A DNA stretch of 64,000 bases from Octopus sinensis (GCF_006345805.1 NW_021831988.1:1-64000); one strand, 5' to 3'; shown: positions 1 through 13,865, counted from the first letter of the stretch. The notes: a model not told the origin generated them from the letters alone. Program-made: numbers and translations.

Positions 1-368
1 TGTAGTTTGTCAAATCCAGTAAAATTACAAAGACAGTTTCTTCCACAATTTGAACTTCACTTGCCTCAGATGCCTTGAAGTTCCGCTAAATAATTTCTCA
101 GTCAAAGTTATCAAATAAACCGGTACTTGGAGTTTCAGCCGTTTCCTAACACAAATATCATCAGCTTTTGAAATTCGGAACTCAATCAGCAAAATCTGAA
201 AAATTGCCAAAAATCAACTTATTACCCAATTTAGAAATAATATATTAAAATAAAAAAAATATCATTTTAACAAAAATTAATAAAACCAATGATTTAAATC
301 AATTTACTAATTATAAAATGAGATGACTATATTTAAATATATTCTCTTTCGTCATTGCTAGACAATCT

Positions 369-3300
369 ATGCATGCATCATCACTAGTCTCATTGATCCG
401 CCAGTTACACCAACCCTGTACCACCGAGGCCTCACTCCTCCGTATAGTCCAGCCATAACTAATAGAGGACAAACTACACTCATTTGAACTAAACGACGAC
501 TGTGGAGTCACATGTCTCAACATTATCCAACATAGCCAGGAGGAATTCGTCCAAATCTCAGCTCTTTCGATCATTCAGGTGTCATTAGTCTTATTAGCAA
601 AGAAATACATAAAAAGGAAATGTCTTCTGCCTTCAAACCAACAGGACATATCACTCATATTCCAGTCCATTTGGGAAATGGCCCTTTCCATCCCTAAACC
701 AGTGGTAAACCGAAAACTATGCCACACAGTCGTATTTATAGCTCAATATGAGCCCAATAATGTCATCAATCAAATTCTTGAGGTTTTCTCGATCAATTTT
801 ATCATTTTAGCTGCTTTCCTGTAAGGAAACTGTCCTTGTTGGGTCAAGAATGATGCTCAGTCTTTCTGAACTGTTTTTATACCCATCGGGAGTTCTTTAC
901 AAAACGAGTCAAGCGTTACAAAATTTGCTAAACAATTCAATTCCCGTGATATTTCACGTGTCAACAAGTTGGCAATAAATAAAATGTGTGTTTTTAGATG
1001 TGCTTGATAATATTTTTAATTTATGTGTCAAAGAAGGATCTGAAACGTCAAGCTTTCAAAATTTTGGACACGAAAAATGTGGGGATATTTGGAATATTGT
1101 GTGCTCTAATTTACTGAATTCAATGCTAAAAATGATTCATATTTCGATAACTGAATCTCTGAGGACTCACATGTTGAGTGTTATATTCAATATAGCTGCA
1201 CTTGAAGGGATTTCTTTTAAATGTTGTGTGATATTGGCTATTTGTTTAGACGGATTTAATGATTCTGGAGAATTATCTTTGCTTAGTCTACGTGCTATTA
1301 ATGAATTATAAACCAAAAGCCGATTTCTGACAAACATGACGCGATTATTTCTGAAATATTAAACCATTCTTTCGTCATGTTACAACACCACCTCGCAAAA
1401 GTGCCTGCTAACGGTTCAAATGTATTTATAAGAAATAATACTTATGAAATTAAGTTTATTATTATTAATTTATTAATTTAGTTATTTTAAAGAATTGGTT
1501 GATTTTTTAAAAATTTTGGTCGACAAACACCTTATTCGATTTAACAGTTTTACGATAACTAAATGGATGGAAATTTTAAAACTGTTCACATTTTGTCATG
1601 TTTATATATTTTTAATCGTTAAATAATAGGAGGATGAAACCCACCTGATCGAGTGTTTTCGAATTTGGGAAAAATTACTGGACTACATTGACCAATCAAA
1701 GCCAGATTTTATTCAAAAAAATCAAAATTTAGCTTTTAAAGATCTTACATGTAAGTTGGCACTACAGTCAGTCGAACTGATGTGCTCAGTCGTACAAATA
1801 AGCCAGACAGAGCAACAAGATTACGTTGAAGAAGTTTTTATTATCCTTCCATGATTTTTCAGACTGATTTGGCCCATGTGACGCTTTCTATTATCAATAA
1901 AGTCGTCAGTTTATATCCAATGGAAATCCTCGGCCATTTGGTTGCTATTTTTATGTTCAAATTGAATTAGTTTGAGTTCAATCAACAAAATTTGAAACGT
2001 TTTTTCGATTCTTTGCCAAATAACGGTTTTTTTCAGGTTTAATATGTTTTAGTGACTCCGACTTTAATCAAACAAAATATCATTTCCCTCACTATTGTAA
2101 GTTCCCTTGTCCCGTTTCTTGTCTCGTTTTTTGAGGAATACCAGGAATTGTCGAGGAATTGTTTCGAAAGGTTTTTAACGATTATTAAGTTGTCAGTATT
2201 GTCAAATTTGGAGGAATTCTTCTGAACTATTCCTACGACCAACTGTTTGTTAATCGTTTAATCCTAGTCTAATCCACGTGTTTGAGTGCTGTCAAATGTT
2301 TTGCCTTTGGTTGAAACAAGTCCAGAGAGCCTGTGGCTGGGAATCATTTCCTTTCATGTTGATTTGTCCTCTAAATTTGATATTTGCTGCATTTACTGAT
2401 ATGAATTTGGTATTTTTTGTTTTTGGGATTTTAGAGTAATCACGTGCTGAAATCTGCTGCCTTGATGTTTGGGAAATACGTCCAATTGGTGCGTCCCCCG
2501 TTGCTTTTTTCTCATGAAAATTTGATGGGATCGTTCAGAGGATTTGTCTCCCAACTGAGTAGTTTATCTACAAGGACAAAACTGACAGGAAAAGTTGTAT
2601 TTTTGTTGGTTTTTGTAAAGATTGTTGTTGAAATTTGTGTTGCTTATTCAAATTATTTGATTCTTCCTTGGAGTGTTCCAAACGAAAGATTTCAAAATTG
2701 GGACGTCCGAAAATCCGAACATTTGTATTTCGTAAAAACATTAATTGCTGATTTAAGTTGATAAAATATCTTATTTTTAGTGAAAAATGATTTTTTGTTA
2801 TGTCTGGAGTGCTGTACTGGATTCATATCTGCACTACATTACGACGGTTGTGCCAAAAGTAGAAATATTTGCATGGACTCGCTGCAGGATTTTATAGACG
2901 GAAGTGTTCATTTTCTCAATTCAAACACACTCTTGAGAGGTTGAGTGTCTGTGTCTTTAAATTAGGTGGACTAACTCAGAGGTATTTCGAGTTTATAACT
3001 TCGGTCATGATTTGCTTCAAGAAAAATATATCTATTAATATTGTCAAGAATATATTGATAGTATATTGGGGAAAGGTGACTTTTAGATTTTTTGTGAGTG
3101 TTTTTGCCCGCTAATTGAGGGCAACGATTATAAATCTGAATATATCTGTTATTTGATTGAAAATCCGTCCACGTTTGATGGGTTGGACGTAGAAAGTTAA
3201 TTTTAGACTTTTGCAGCTGATTTCAGTGGCCTTTGAACATGTGAATACTTCTGTCTTTGACATGGTAGAACAATTCCTTGGAATATTGCTAAATAAACGT

Positions 3301-4003
3301 TTTTATACTTTTTCAAAAGTTTGTTGTTGTTTCGCTCAAAGACTCAAGGATGTGTCTTCTGTGAGTGGACTACGCGCTATTTTTGATGTCTTTGAATCCA
3401 TTTTGAAGTTTCAGTGGCAATTTTTTTATTTAAAGTCCTGCCAAGGGGAATTCCGTACTGAATCGGTTCAAACATTGTTTATTCTCATTTTCCGAGTATT
3501 ATTATATTTTGTAAATCTTAGGCCTATGAGTCCTCGTTTTTGGAACCTGATATTGAACTTTGTCAGCGAAATGTTATATTTTTAAGAGATTTTATCAACA
3601 AAAACAAAATTTTTGAATTTGTATTTTATTGTCTTAGAAAATGCTTAGAAATGCCTTAGAGATCAGTTTTTTGTGTCGTTGAGCGAAAGTTGTCTTTTTT
3701 TGATGAAATCTGCAAATTATTCTATCATTGGTGAAGACGTGATATCGTTTTTGTTTGAAATTGCGTCTTTTGACTGGTTCCTATTCAACGAACGAGTTAT
3801 GGAGGGATACGTCGACTTTATGAGGAGACAATTTACCTCAGCATTGTGTTGTCCTGTGGTTGATTTGGTTTGGAGTCCTTCTTGTAAAGTTAATTCTTGA
3901 TTATGCGATATAATAGGACTTTTCTTCGTTTTCAAAGACTATTGGTGAATTGTCCTCGGATATTTGTTTATATGAAGATCTGCTGTCGTCGCACAAGCTA
4001 TGA
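369..4003 (+). CDS. XPO6: Exportin-6 (multi-exon, micro-introns)
   Basis: ATG at 369. The spliced N-terminus ...HQPCTT...CLNIIQHSQEEFVQISALSII...VVNRKLCHTVVFIAQ resembles the XPO6 importin-beta N-domain (FHDCTT...FIRNKLCKVIVDIG). The last exon DFSSFSKTIGELSSDICLYEDLLSSHKL* (TGA 4001-4003) resembles the XPO6 C-terminus DLPSFTQNVHRLVNDLRYY. Internal exon borders were not all resolved. Confidence 0.8.
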
Positions 4004-4489
4004 ATTTGTCGTTTTATAAATTGGATATTTTTATGTCAATCTTTAATTCTTTATTAAATAAACTAATTAATCAACTTTACAAAACATGAGTGGCTTTTAC
4101 TAAACGTGAAAATATTTTTTTAACACTTTTACTAAACTGTTTAATTGAGTACTGAGCGTTCGATGTAAACAAAGAAAGTTCTTCTTGCCTCTCATCTTTT
4201 TTTCTGGCTCTGCAAACTTTCAAGAAAGTGTAGTCGAGCGTCTGTTGCTGACTAATGTTTAATACGATGATCGAACGAGATTGTCTTTAGAGTTGTTTTA
4301 AGAACATTAACCTTATCTAACTGCTAAAGTAATTCTCTTGGTATTATTAGTGATTAATCTTTTCAATTTCATTACACTCCTTTCGAGGAGATTTTAATCT
4401 AGGCACATTTCCAGTTAGAGATTTTACTCGATTTGAAACAATTTGATAATTGTGTTGCTCGATTTGTCGGAAACGAAAATGTCGGGCTT

Positions 4490-5290
4490 ACTATTAGGGA
4501 AATTTTCTTAACTGGCCGACGCGGAAGGGTCCGTATTGGACAATACTACTTCGATCAAGACTACTTCCAATGGTGTCCCACAAGGCTCCCCTTTATCTCC
4601 TCTCCTTTTTAACATTACCTACCTATTACTAATGACCCAGATATATGTTCTTATCCTATGTGGACGACCTGATTATCGCTGCAAGAGAATAAATCTCCTT
4701 CTGTGGCTGTTGCAATGGTCCAGTCACACCTCAACCGTGTATGTGATTGGCTATCTGCAAACATTGTTGTGTGTGTCTGCATCTAAATCCCAGTCACCCT
4801 TTTCATACGATAGAAGATTCAAGGATAGACTGGAACTATTCATTGGAGGACAAACCTATTCCCTCTTCGAGTACCTAGAAGATCCTTGGCGTAGTTTTCG
4901 ACTCCTTAATGACGTTCTCAAGTCCGTGGAGGAGGTTCTAGCTAAGGTCTTTGGAAGTGGAACGTCTTGAAAGCGCTGTTAAAGAAGAGTCCCTTCCCCT
5001 GGAAGATTGTGTCAGGAAGGTCTACCAACAAGCGATTGCCCAGACGGTTGAGTATGCCTGCTCAGCCTGGAAGTTTGCAATTGCTTGTTCAAAAGCGGAA
5101 CAGTTGAATTCGCTCAGAAGGAAGATTATGCTCCACACTGACACCTCAGTTGGCACCCTTGTTTCCGAAGAGGCGACGCGAAGAATGGAATTTGTCCTAA
5201 TAATTAATTTAATGAATTAAAGAGGTGATTCTTTATGGGCGAGAGGCTGACGCGATCGAGAAAAGAGTTTTAGCGTACTATCGCGAGGGA
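4490..5290 (+). mobile_element. Degenerate non-LTR retrotransposon RT fragment (Jockey/I-like)
   Basis: FLTGRRGRV...NGVPQGSPLSPLLFN and VEYACSAW motifs with frameshifts. The motifs match those of the LINE at 19.8-21.9 kb. Confidence 0.75.
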
Positions 5291-5642
5291 TATCCGCTCA
5301 AAAAACATCTCGATCAATTAACTAACTTAGGATTTTGTATATTCTGTTAGAACTTTTGAAAGAAAATATACGACCCAATTAAACTTTCATTACATATGTG
5401 ACGTCATGAATATATTTAATTCAATATAAAAGGAAATCATCCGCTTAAAGAAAATGTTCCTTATTCTATTTCCTTTGCAACTGTGCTTAATAATGAAAGT
5501 TCTTTTAATTAAATGTATGTTTAAGAAATAGAAATCGCCTTTCACAAAACCAATGGTTTAAAAATGAGTGTTTCTATACAATGTAAGTGATTTAAATGAT
5601 CTTTAAAAGCAATCTCAATGAAGATAAACTTATATTATTACT

Positions 5643-6482
5643 ATGGACGAGATAAATATCCCAATAGATTATGTAATTATTTTTCTAAACTATATAATTA
5701 AAGAAATTCCAACCAGATCTTCTAAACTATTTGGTATTCAAATTGTTAATATTTCCGTGGGAGTTTTTTTTACTCGAGAATTAGCTATGACAATGGAATA
5801 GAGATGTTAACTATAATGGTTAAATTGTTGATTTAATAGTTATAGACTATGAGGATGATTTCAATAAAGCTTCTCCAATATTAAAACACATTTAAAAATT
5901 ATTCAAGTAAAAAAAGACGATTCAAGAAATAAACGAAATGGGAATTTGAAATATCCAAGAAAGAGAGAAAAAAGACAAGTATTAAATTTTAATAAGAATG
6001 TATAGTTCTACAATATTGGAATTGAACAATTAACACAATGTTTTAATCACATTGGAATAATTAATTTTTAGTTATCAAAGATTGATAGATCAGAAAAAAA
6101 TCGGAGATTATTTGATTTGAGATTGTATTAACGCATTTACAACTAATCATTAGAAAAGACACACGATGCAACGTGAATCCGAGTATTCTAAAGAATATTA
6201 AAATAGTTGATTCCAGAAGGAGTGGTGATTTTGTAATACATTTTAGTATGAAATTTCACCAAAAATATATATTATTTATTAAAATTGGCACAAATTTCCA
6301 GACAATGCAACTGGAATGTCAGACCTAAGACTTAGCGCCGAGTTTATTTTATTTATGAGCCTATATTAGATCTCTAAATGAAAACCATCCTGACATTAGC
6401 TTCATGTTATGGGAAATCTTTACCGCTATTCGCACAAATTTTTTTTCTTGATGGCATAGAAAAATGCCAAAATTCGAGATGA
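5643..6482 (+). CDS. Possible orphan multi-exon gene
   Basis: Open segments separated by GT..AG stretches (MDEINIPIDY; IPTRSSKLFGIQIV; ENHPDISFMLWEIFTAIRTNFFLDGIEKCQNSR*). No family recognised. Confidence 0.25.
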
Positions 6483-6816
6483 TAGAAAAAAATATTGAAA
6501 ATTGCAACATAACGACTAAAACGAAAAACGAAAAATATCCCAAAGGATATTCCATTTAATAATGGGAATGGTTTCTTGATCCGATATTTAATGTAGTTAC
6601 ATTTTCTAACGTTACTAACACAATTTTCGAATATAATAAGATTTTAGTTATAGTTCTTAATACCGAAAGTTAAACTAGACATCAACAATAAAAAACTCTC
6701 TGGATCAATTTTTGACCAAAAAAACAGGAATTCTCAATTAAAAAATTGTAACTATTTTAAAATCACTAAACAAAGTAAGAAAAAAACATATTAGTACAAA
6801 ATAAACTATTTACTGG

Positions 6817-8720
6817 TCACATCTTCTTCACTGTATGTCCTTCAATCATTTTCCCTTGAGTAAGTCTAAGCATATCAGATATCTCAATGCTCAATGAAAA
6901 GTCAGGATTACCAATTGCCTCAAAAACCTAGAGAAATACAAAAATGAATAAATACCTCAAAATTCTTCCACGTCAATTTTCCATCACGATCGTCGTCGAT
7001 GGTCCCCAAAAATCAGTCTTAACTGTTCCTTCTTTCCTGCAGAGTCATTCAAAGGTCCAAAACCGTCATGCTCAAACTGCTGCCTAAAAAACTCATTGGC
7101 TACAAAAACATGCGAAGATCTCCACTCTCGGGTTGGGGAGTGGAGGAAGACATTTTTCAATCATCTTTGCCAGTCGGCCCCGCAATAGTTTGGAAGCCTG
7201 GTCTCACTCAAAGGTACGTTTTTTAAATCAGACAGTTTCTAACTCTTCCATGTTCTAAACATATGGTAAAAACACACCTGTTGATATTCAGTGATCCCAT
7301 CCTGCAATTCACGGAATTCTCTGGAGGACAAACTCAGATTACGGTGGTCGACTGCCTGAATTAGGAGGTTCTCAATCGTTTCCAAGTCATCACATTGAAC
7401 GTTGACATGATCCACGTTATTTTCATCAGGGAGTGCGGATATGTCGGACTCTTCTCACTGTGGTCGTCCTTAATGGCCTCTTCTTCGTTGAGAACAACAA
7501 CAAGTCTGTCCGTTTGGAAATAACCTCTCCACTCTCCTCTGCCAATCTCAACTTGACATCCTCCTCCTATCAATCCAGAAAATCTATAAAACCGTGTCTT
7601 GGTCAAGGGAAAGAATTGTTTTCTTCAATTTCTCTTCAACAGGTAAATTTGGAGGAACGTAGAGCGCACTCGACAACAACATGAGAGAAGCAGGGACTTG
7701 GTGGTCAATATGGAGGTCCAGCCACTGTTGGAGTTGTTGTTTGAGTCGTTCTTCCCTCAGTCCAAACACTCGCATTCCTCTGGCTTTACAAGCGGAGACC
7801 AATTCTGCTGAAGTGAGACTTTCTACTCCTTCTAATTGGATCATCTGAATTGGTCAGTTGGGAGTACTTTGTCGTCGGCTTTCAGCATTCGGAGCTTAAT
7901 GCCCAGTCGGAATCGGAGGAGTGGGACAGTCGAGGTGATTGATGAGGGTCGACATGTCCAAAAGACGACAAATTGCTATCAGCTGGTCCCTGTTTAGTCC
8001 ATCCATGGTCAGGTCGTCTTCAAATAATTTACAAAATTTCAAAATTTGAGATGTCTCTGGCATTTCAGCATTGTTGCGGATCTAATAATTAATATTAAAT
8101 ATTAATATTTACTGTTTTCATAAATTGAACAAATTCTTTACACTGGATGTTCTTGTGGGTGTCATTTTCTTGATTACTGTTACAGACTCTTCGAGCGTAT
8201 TTTGTAAGAATTTTGCCATTTCTAGCTTAACTTTAAGCTTTTCCGAGCCATTTCCTGTTCTTTGGTCTCATTTTTGAAAGTGCTAGGCAGCATATTGGGA
8301 AACAATTTATAAAGACGGCATCAGCAACTCCAAAAAGGGTATCAAAATAATAATAAACAACGGGACCATTCGAATCAAATCAGCAGTGGTCTTACTAACT
8401 GAAAATAATGTCAATCTATGCCTGTTTTCTCTCTCTTCTAGTCAGGAAATGCCCACGTAACATTCTTGTCAAAAGACGAACCGATATTTTCAGTTCTATC
8501 GCGAAAAGGCGGAATCCGTCGTAGTAATGTTTCACTTCCTTCACAAAGCGGTCTTTAAGAGACGGTTTTTGAGTCTTTCCGACGTCTGTGTGTTTCGGGG
8601 ATGAGTCTAACGTGGGTTTTTGAGGGTCTGAGAGTTGATTTTCTTCGAGTTTTTGATTACTTTGTCCAATTTGAGTTTGTGTTTAAAATTTCTGTTTGGT
8701 TTGTGATTAAAAAAATGCAT
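6817..8720 (-). CDS. LETM1: LETM1 mitochondrial inner-membrane protein
   Basis: KDRFVKEVKHYYDGFRLF...LTRRERKQ/LVRTTADLIRMVP, then ELVSACKARGMRVFGLREERLKQQLQQWLDLHIDHQVPASLMLLS and an EF-hand-like DDDRDGK. Stop at 6817-6819. The 5' end is uncertain because the ATG at 8720 is not in frame without an indel or an unresolved intron. Confidence 0.9.
8399..8421 (-). other. 23-nt GC-AG intron in LETM1
   Basis: Minus strand CAG|gcatagattgacattattttcag|TTA. Removing it restores RERKQ-LVRT. No GT donor is available nearby. Confidence 0.8.
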
Positions 8721-8989
8721 TTTTGTGATTTGTGGAGAATTATGGTAGGTTGGTAGAATATGTATTATATTTGCGTATTTAAATTACTGTAATTATATCT
8801 AAAGTGATAAATCAGTAAAGAATTATACTTTTTGATTAAATGAGGAACTCTTTGAATTAAACATATGACGTACAAATCAAGGCAGCACTTAAATTAATTA
8901 TTTAAACTTAAAATTGATTTTATTATTAAAGTTAATATTGTATTTAAAATATTATTATAAGAAAGTATAAACTGATAGATTATCTAATT

Positions 8990-9730
8990 AAAGGCAGGTT
9001 CTCGGGCACTTCTACCGTACTTCATACTAACACAGCTCGGAGTTTGTATCCGAGGAGGCGTGGAGGCCGGGGTCCACGGTCTACGTGAGTTTGTTAACTC
9101 TTCCACGGATTCCTAACGAATTCTGGCCAAGATCGATTTAAAAAATGAATTCAATTCTGTTAGAAGAGACTGTATCCTTGAAGCCTGCGCCAAAGAAATT
9201 CCGTACATCCTACCGATTGTCAACTTGACATACTCCAAGCCTTCCTCGCTTATATTCGGGACAACCATACTTGATTCTGCCAATGGAGTTCAACAAAGTG
9301 ACTCTCTAGGACCTCTCTATTCTCCCTCGCAATCCACCAAACAACGAGATTGTGTAAAACTGACCTTAACATGTGGTATTTGGATGATTAGAGGAACCCC
9401 CAAAGACATCTTGGAAACGCTGAAGTCGCTTGTGTTTAATTTCGGAGCACTGGGGCTTTAATTCAACTGCGGCAAATGTGAAATGTGTGAATTCAACACG
9501 GACGAACTTTCCTTCGGAAGTGGATGACTGAATTCGACAAACTGCTACCCGGATGTACCTTCCCCCTCAAAGAAGACTTGATTTTTCTTGGATCTCCTAT
9601 TTTTGAAAGTTGTATCAAAGCTGTTATGAAGGCTAAAATATCGGAATTTTCTTTTCTCTCTGAAAAATTACGTTTTGTGGATAGCCACATTGGGCTCTTT
9701 TTATTGAGGAACTGTCTATCTATTCCAAAG
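8990..9730 (+). mobile_element. CRE-like (RLE clade) LINE RT fragment, degenerate
   Basis: QLGVCIRGGVEAGVH...KIDLKNEFNSVRRD...YSKPSSLIFG...GVQQSDSLGPL...GLFLLRNCLSIPK, with stops and frameshifts. Confidence 0.75.
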
Positions 9731-9789
9731 AAAAATTTTAGCTGCCGTCGCCGTCAATGCTTCTATACACGCCGGGGTACTAGGGGATC

Positions 9790-9960
9790 TAAAAAAATCA
9801 TTTATGTCGTTGGATTCTTTATATAAAAACCAGTTAAGAAGAATCGTCGATATATGTTGGCCACATAGATAAATTTAATGAGTCTTTACGAGATGTGCGT
9901 TCGCGACCTATAAGAAACGATTGTGCTGAAAAACCGACGATTTTATTCGTCCCTTCATTT
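9790..9960 (+). mobile_element. RTE-like LINE C-terminal remnant
   Basis: LDSLYKNQLRRIVDICWPHR...SLYEMC resembles the RTE motif LDAFHRRQLRRILGIRWP..ISNEELY. Confidence 0.35.
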
Positions 9961-9979
9961 TTGTATCGCCCCTTATTTC

Positions 9980-11718
9980 GTAAATACGTCCGCCCCAAAA
10001 ATGGGGCAGACCCCATGGGTGGGCATCTCGGATTTTGGGCACCCCCGCATTTTGGGGCACTTTATTCCAAAAGTCCATTTTGGCATTTAAAAAATAAAAA
10101 TCGATAAAAAATAAGAATTTTTGGGGGCACAAAAATCATTTATAAGGAATTAAAAATAAAATAAAATTATAATCAATTAATGATTTTTTGTTGTATTTTC
10201 CATTTATATTTTATTGTTGTGGATTAAGAATTACGAAACTAAATTGAGATTGCTCAAAGAAATTTTGAAGAAAAGAAAAATTTATCTGAGAGAGCAACTA
10301 ATGAAAAAGTACAACGAACAAGTAGGAACAATATCAAGAAATAAAACGATATGTACCTTTCTTGGAAACACGGCAAGAAGATTTGAGGAATATGACACAT
10401 TTAAACCGATAAAGATAAATTTGATGATCAGTCTTTGAAATATTGAAGCTACGGTAGATAAAATTCCGATTTAGGCCCTATTTGAAAAAAATGCCTTAGT
10501 TAAAGCTTCAAAAATTGGATTTACTTCTTTTTAAAGCTTCCAATGGGTGGCTTGATAGATTGAAATTGCGGCATGAACTTCAATTCAAGTCAATATGTGG
10601 TGAAAAAGCTTCATGTGATTTATCTTATGTGAAAAAATTATTTTGAAAAATATGACCAGAAAGTATTATTAAAAATATGGACCTGAGAATATATTTAATT
10701 GTGATGAAACTGCGCTTTTATAAAAAGAACTCCTCAAAAAATAATTTTTGAACAAGGCGAACCGTGTTTGGTTATAAACAAGGGAAAGAAAGAACTCATG
10801 TCTTCTATGCTGCAGTTTAATCGGGGAAAAACTTAATCCATTGATTATTGGAAAATATAAAAACCTCGGTGTCTAACAAAATTTTGATGTTCAAAGATTT
10901 GGGTTATTGTATTCATCTTCTCAAAATGCATGGATGACTGGAAAGACTTTTTGAGTTGGCTACACTTATAAATGAATCGTTTTGCAAAAACAACAGAAAT
11001 ATTATTAATACTTGACAATGCGGGATGCCATAAAACTGCCGAATGTTCGAACATCGATTTTTATTTTTGCCGAAAAAAATACAACGCCCTATTACAACCT
11101 TTGGATATGGGAATAATCAAGATTTGTAAGATTATTATTCCTCTTTCTTAATGGAATTTTTATGTTTTCAAGATTTCGAAAACGATTTTACACATTCTTT
11201 GGTAAATTAAATTTGCGTCAGGTTATGATGCTAATTTCAAAAGGATGGGAGAAAATAGATGCTAAAAGTATGTAATTGTTGGAAGAAAATCGACAGGAAA
11301 CCGTGATTCTTATGCAACAAAAAACTGTCTAACAGATGACATTTAGATCAAGTTGTTAACGAAAACAATTGATGGAGAATGCGAAGACATGAACAATAAT
11401 GTTTATGATACATATTCAGAAACCGAAAATAGTGAAAATGTCGTAGCAAAAACAAAAGATCTGCTTTAACAATTTAGAAGAAAAATTTCTAATGTTGCAC
11501 CAAGTATGCTCCGAGATTTTTTTGATTTTCGCTGTGAAATTGACGAACAATATCAGACAAAACTCTACAAATAAAAAGAAAATAACTGAATATTTTAGTA
11601 AAAATGTTTTTGATGTTTATTAATGGTTTAATTTTAAAAAAATAACAAACCCTGTTTTTTGGGGCACCCCCGCATTTTGGGGCACTTGGTGCCCCATTTG
11701 GGGGTCGGACTTATTACT
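9980..11718 (+). mobile_element. pogo/Tigger DNA transposon, degenerate
   Basis: Imperfect TIRs GTAAATACGTCCGCCCCAAAAATGGGGCA (9980-10008) and GTGCCCCATTTGGGGGTCGGACTTATTAC (about 11689-11717). Decayed transposase motifs ENIFNCDETAL, IIGKYKKPRC, AWMT, ILLILDNAGCH and LQPLDMGII. Confidence 0.8.
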
Positions 11719-12854
11719 ATTAAGTAATTATTAGAAATTCAAATCACCTATCAAGTATGAGGGCATCATGGTCGCTAGAGACATAATCAATTATTGCATT
11801 ACATAATTCGAAATAATTTTCTCTCTGTTTGGATTTAAAATTGTTAATAACAATCAATAAAGTTTCAACAAGAAAACTTCTAGTCTATTACAAAAAAAAC
11901 ATCATTCTTTTCTAACAAAAAAATCCCAAAGTCTTCTCAACAAACTGGAAAGTCAAAAAATCCAAAAGAGACCTTTCGCCTTTTTACGCCTAAGAACAAC
12001 CAAGCGACCTAAATGCGCTTTCATTGTTCAAAATGAAGAGTCGGGTTACCAGACGTCTCATGACTGCGAGAACAGTCCAGACAGACCACAGGACCTATTA
12101 GACGAGGCGCTAGATCTTCTTCGTTCGTTTATCAGTCAGGGGACACAGCCCAGAAGATCCGTGAATCATAGCTTATATTGACTTGTGGAATTGTAAACGT
12201 TTGAATTTAAAATTCATTTGTCTTTTATTTGTTGAGGCTCATTCTTGAATACGCGACCACTACAGCATTCGCTGTTTAAAAAAACAAAGCTGACTCGACA
12301 TAGAAAACACTCTGGTTTTTCAATTATTCTCTGTCATGTATGTTCGGAACACTTTTAAGAGTCTATGTAGATCCACTGACTTTCAGAGCACTTACAATCT
12401 ATGAGTTTCATGGACTTAGAAAAACTCAGGCTTATAAAAATAGCTTAATTTCCAATTTAAGAAAACAGTAATCAAAAAAATTAGTCATAATAGTTGTAGA
12501 GGATTAATTGTTCTTCATCATTGATTTGGAAAGACCTCTCTTCCGCAAAACAATATAGATCTTCAATCTCGTAAAAATCCTCGTTTTCTATAGCCACAAT
12601 CGGTTCCATTTTTTGATTCGGTTAGATTTTAAACCGTCCGATACAGTATTTATACTTGCTAATTAGTGAAAATTAAGTTCGCTGTTAAATTTCTTTTCCA
12701 ATATTCCTTTTTTATCCTATAAACGATATTTTTGTAATTTAGCAATTAATGAAAACTTTTTTTATTTACGACCTCCAATTTTATTAATCCTAATTTTCAC
12801 TGATTGTGACTGATTTTAATATTCAGATCAAATATTTTTATAATGATGCATTAC

Positions 12855-13082
12855 TTTTGAACAATTGCCGTCGAGACTTCCTGTGTTTTTAGGGCCAAGA
12901 CGCTTGCTCATCTTAAAAAGCTTGGCCGTCTGTGGACCTATCGCTCCAGAGATCCCAGGAAATTTATATTCCTTATTCAGAGGATCTCGCTGGCTCTTTT
13001 ACGCGGGAATTGTCTTTCAATCCTTCAAGCCAGTACTTAATAGCTAGGTTTTTAACAATTTCCTTGGGTTTAAATAAATAAT
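12855..13082 (+). mobile_element. 5'-truncated 3' end of a CRE-like LINE
   Basis: An alternative frame reads IAVETSCVFRAKTLAHLKKLGRLWTYRSRDPRKFIFLIQRISLALLRGNCLSILQAST*, followed by an AATAAATAA tail. The ORF-track frame here is not the meaningful one. Confidence 0.7.
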
Positions 13083-13865
13083 TGCAAGTTTTTTTAATTA
13101 GCATGTCGAAATATATTTGAGTTTATAATCTGGGAGAAAAGATTTGAGTAATTATCGTTTGACAGTTAATAAAAAGTGTTAAAATATTGATTATAGAAAA
13201 ATCGTGGTTATTCTGGAATCATAATTATGTTCTCCTTTTTAATTTGTATTTGACCAGACAATAACTACATTTGATTTAATAATTTCTAAAAAACTATTTT
13301 ATCATTGAAAGATATGAGAAATTAAAAAATGCTTTTGTTTGAGTCGACAGGTTACAGCGATCAAAAAATTTATTAAATAGTTAATAAATGACAATATTCA
13401 TAGTACTCACAAAGATAAAGCTCACATACATCATTTCGGTCTCCTCAATGATCTGAAAACATTCGTATGTGTCAACCCAACAATTATCGCCTAATTCAAA
13501 CACCAAAGGAGATACTTTCAGGGTTTTTTTAAGGGCAGATAGTGCACATAAAACTCTATGCGTTATATACACTAAATCGGAATTATCCTGCTTTAAGAAT
13601 AAACAATCAATATTAATTTCAATCTGATATATCGTATGTCACCGGTTTTATAGCCCACTGGGGGGGATAACCCAACCTACTGACATATTTTATAATAATA
13701 ATATTTTTCATCTATTTAATTTCATTGGAAAAAATGATGATTTCTTAATTATTTTAATAATTTATTGTTCTTTTTTTTAATATTTAGCGTGAAACTATAA
13801 CTTTTTATTAAAAAGTTTAAAAACTGTGAAAATAAGTAGAGTTGTTCAATAAAGTTCAATTAGAA

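Noticed and set aside
456-458. In-frame TAA in XPO6, suggesting stop-codon reassignment
   Set aside because: It lies inside a removable 21-24 nt GT-AG intron, and other genes here end in TAA, so the standard code suffices.
5640-6250. piggyBac remnant (SKLFGIQI, CINAF-like words)
   Set aside because: No TTAA-flanked TIRs or DDD spacing. The region looks more like an intron-containing host gene.
8640-8720. LETM1 as a pseudogene because of the 5' frame break
   Set aside because: All conserved domains are intact. An indel error in a homopolymer-rich presequence or an unresolved intron is more likely.
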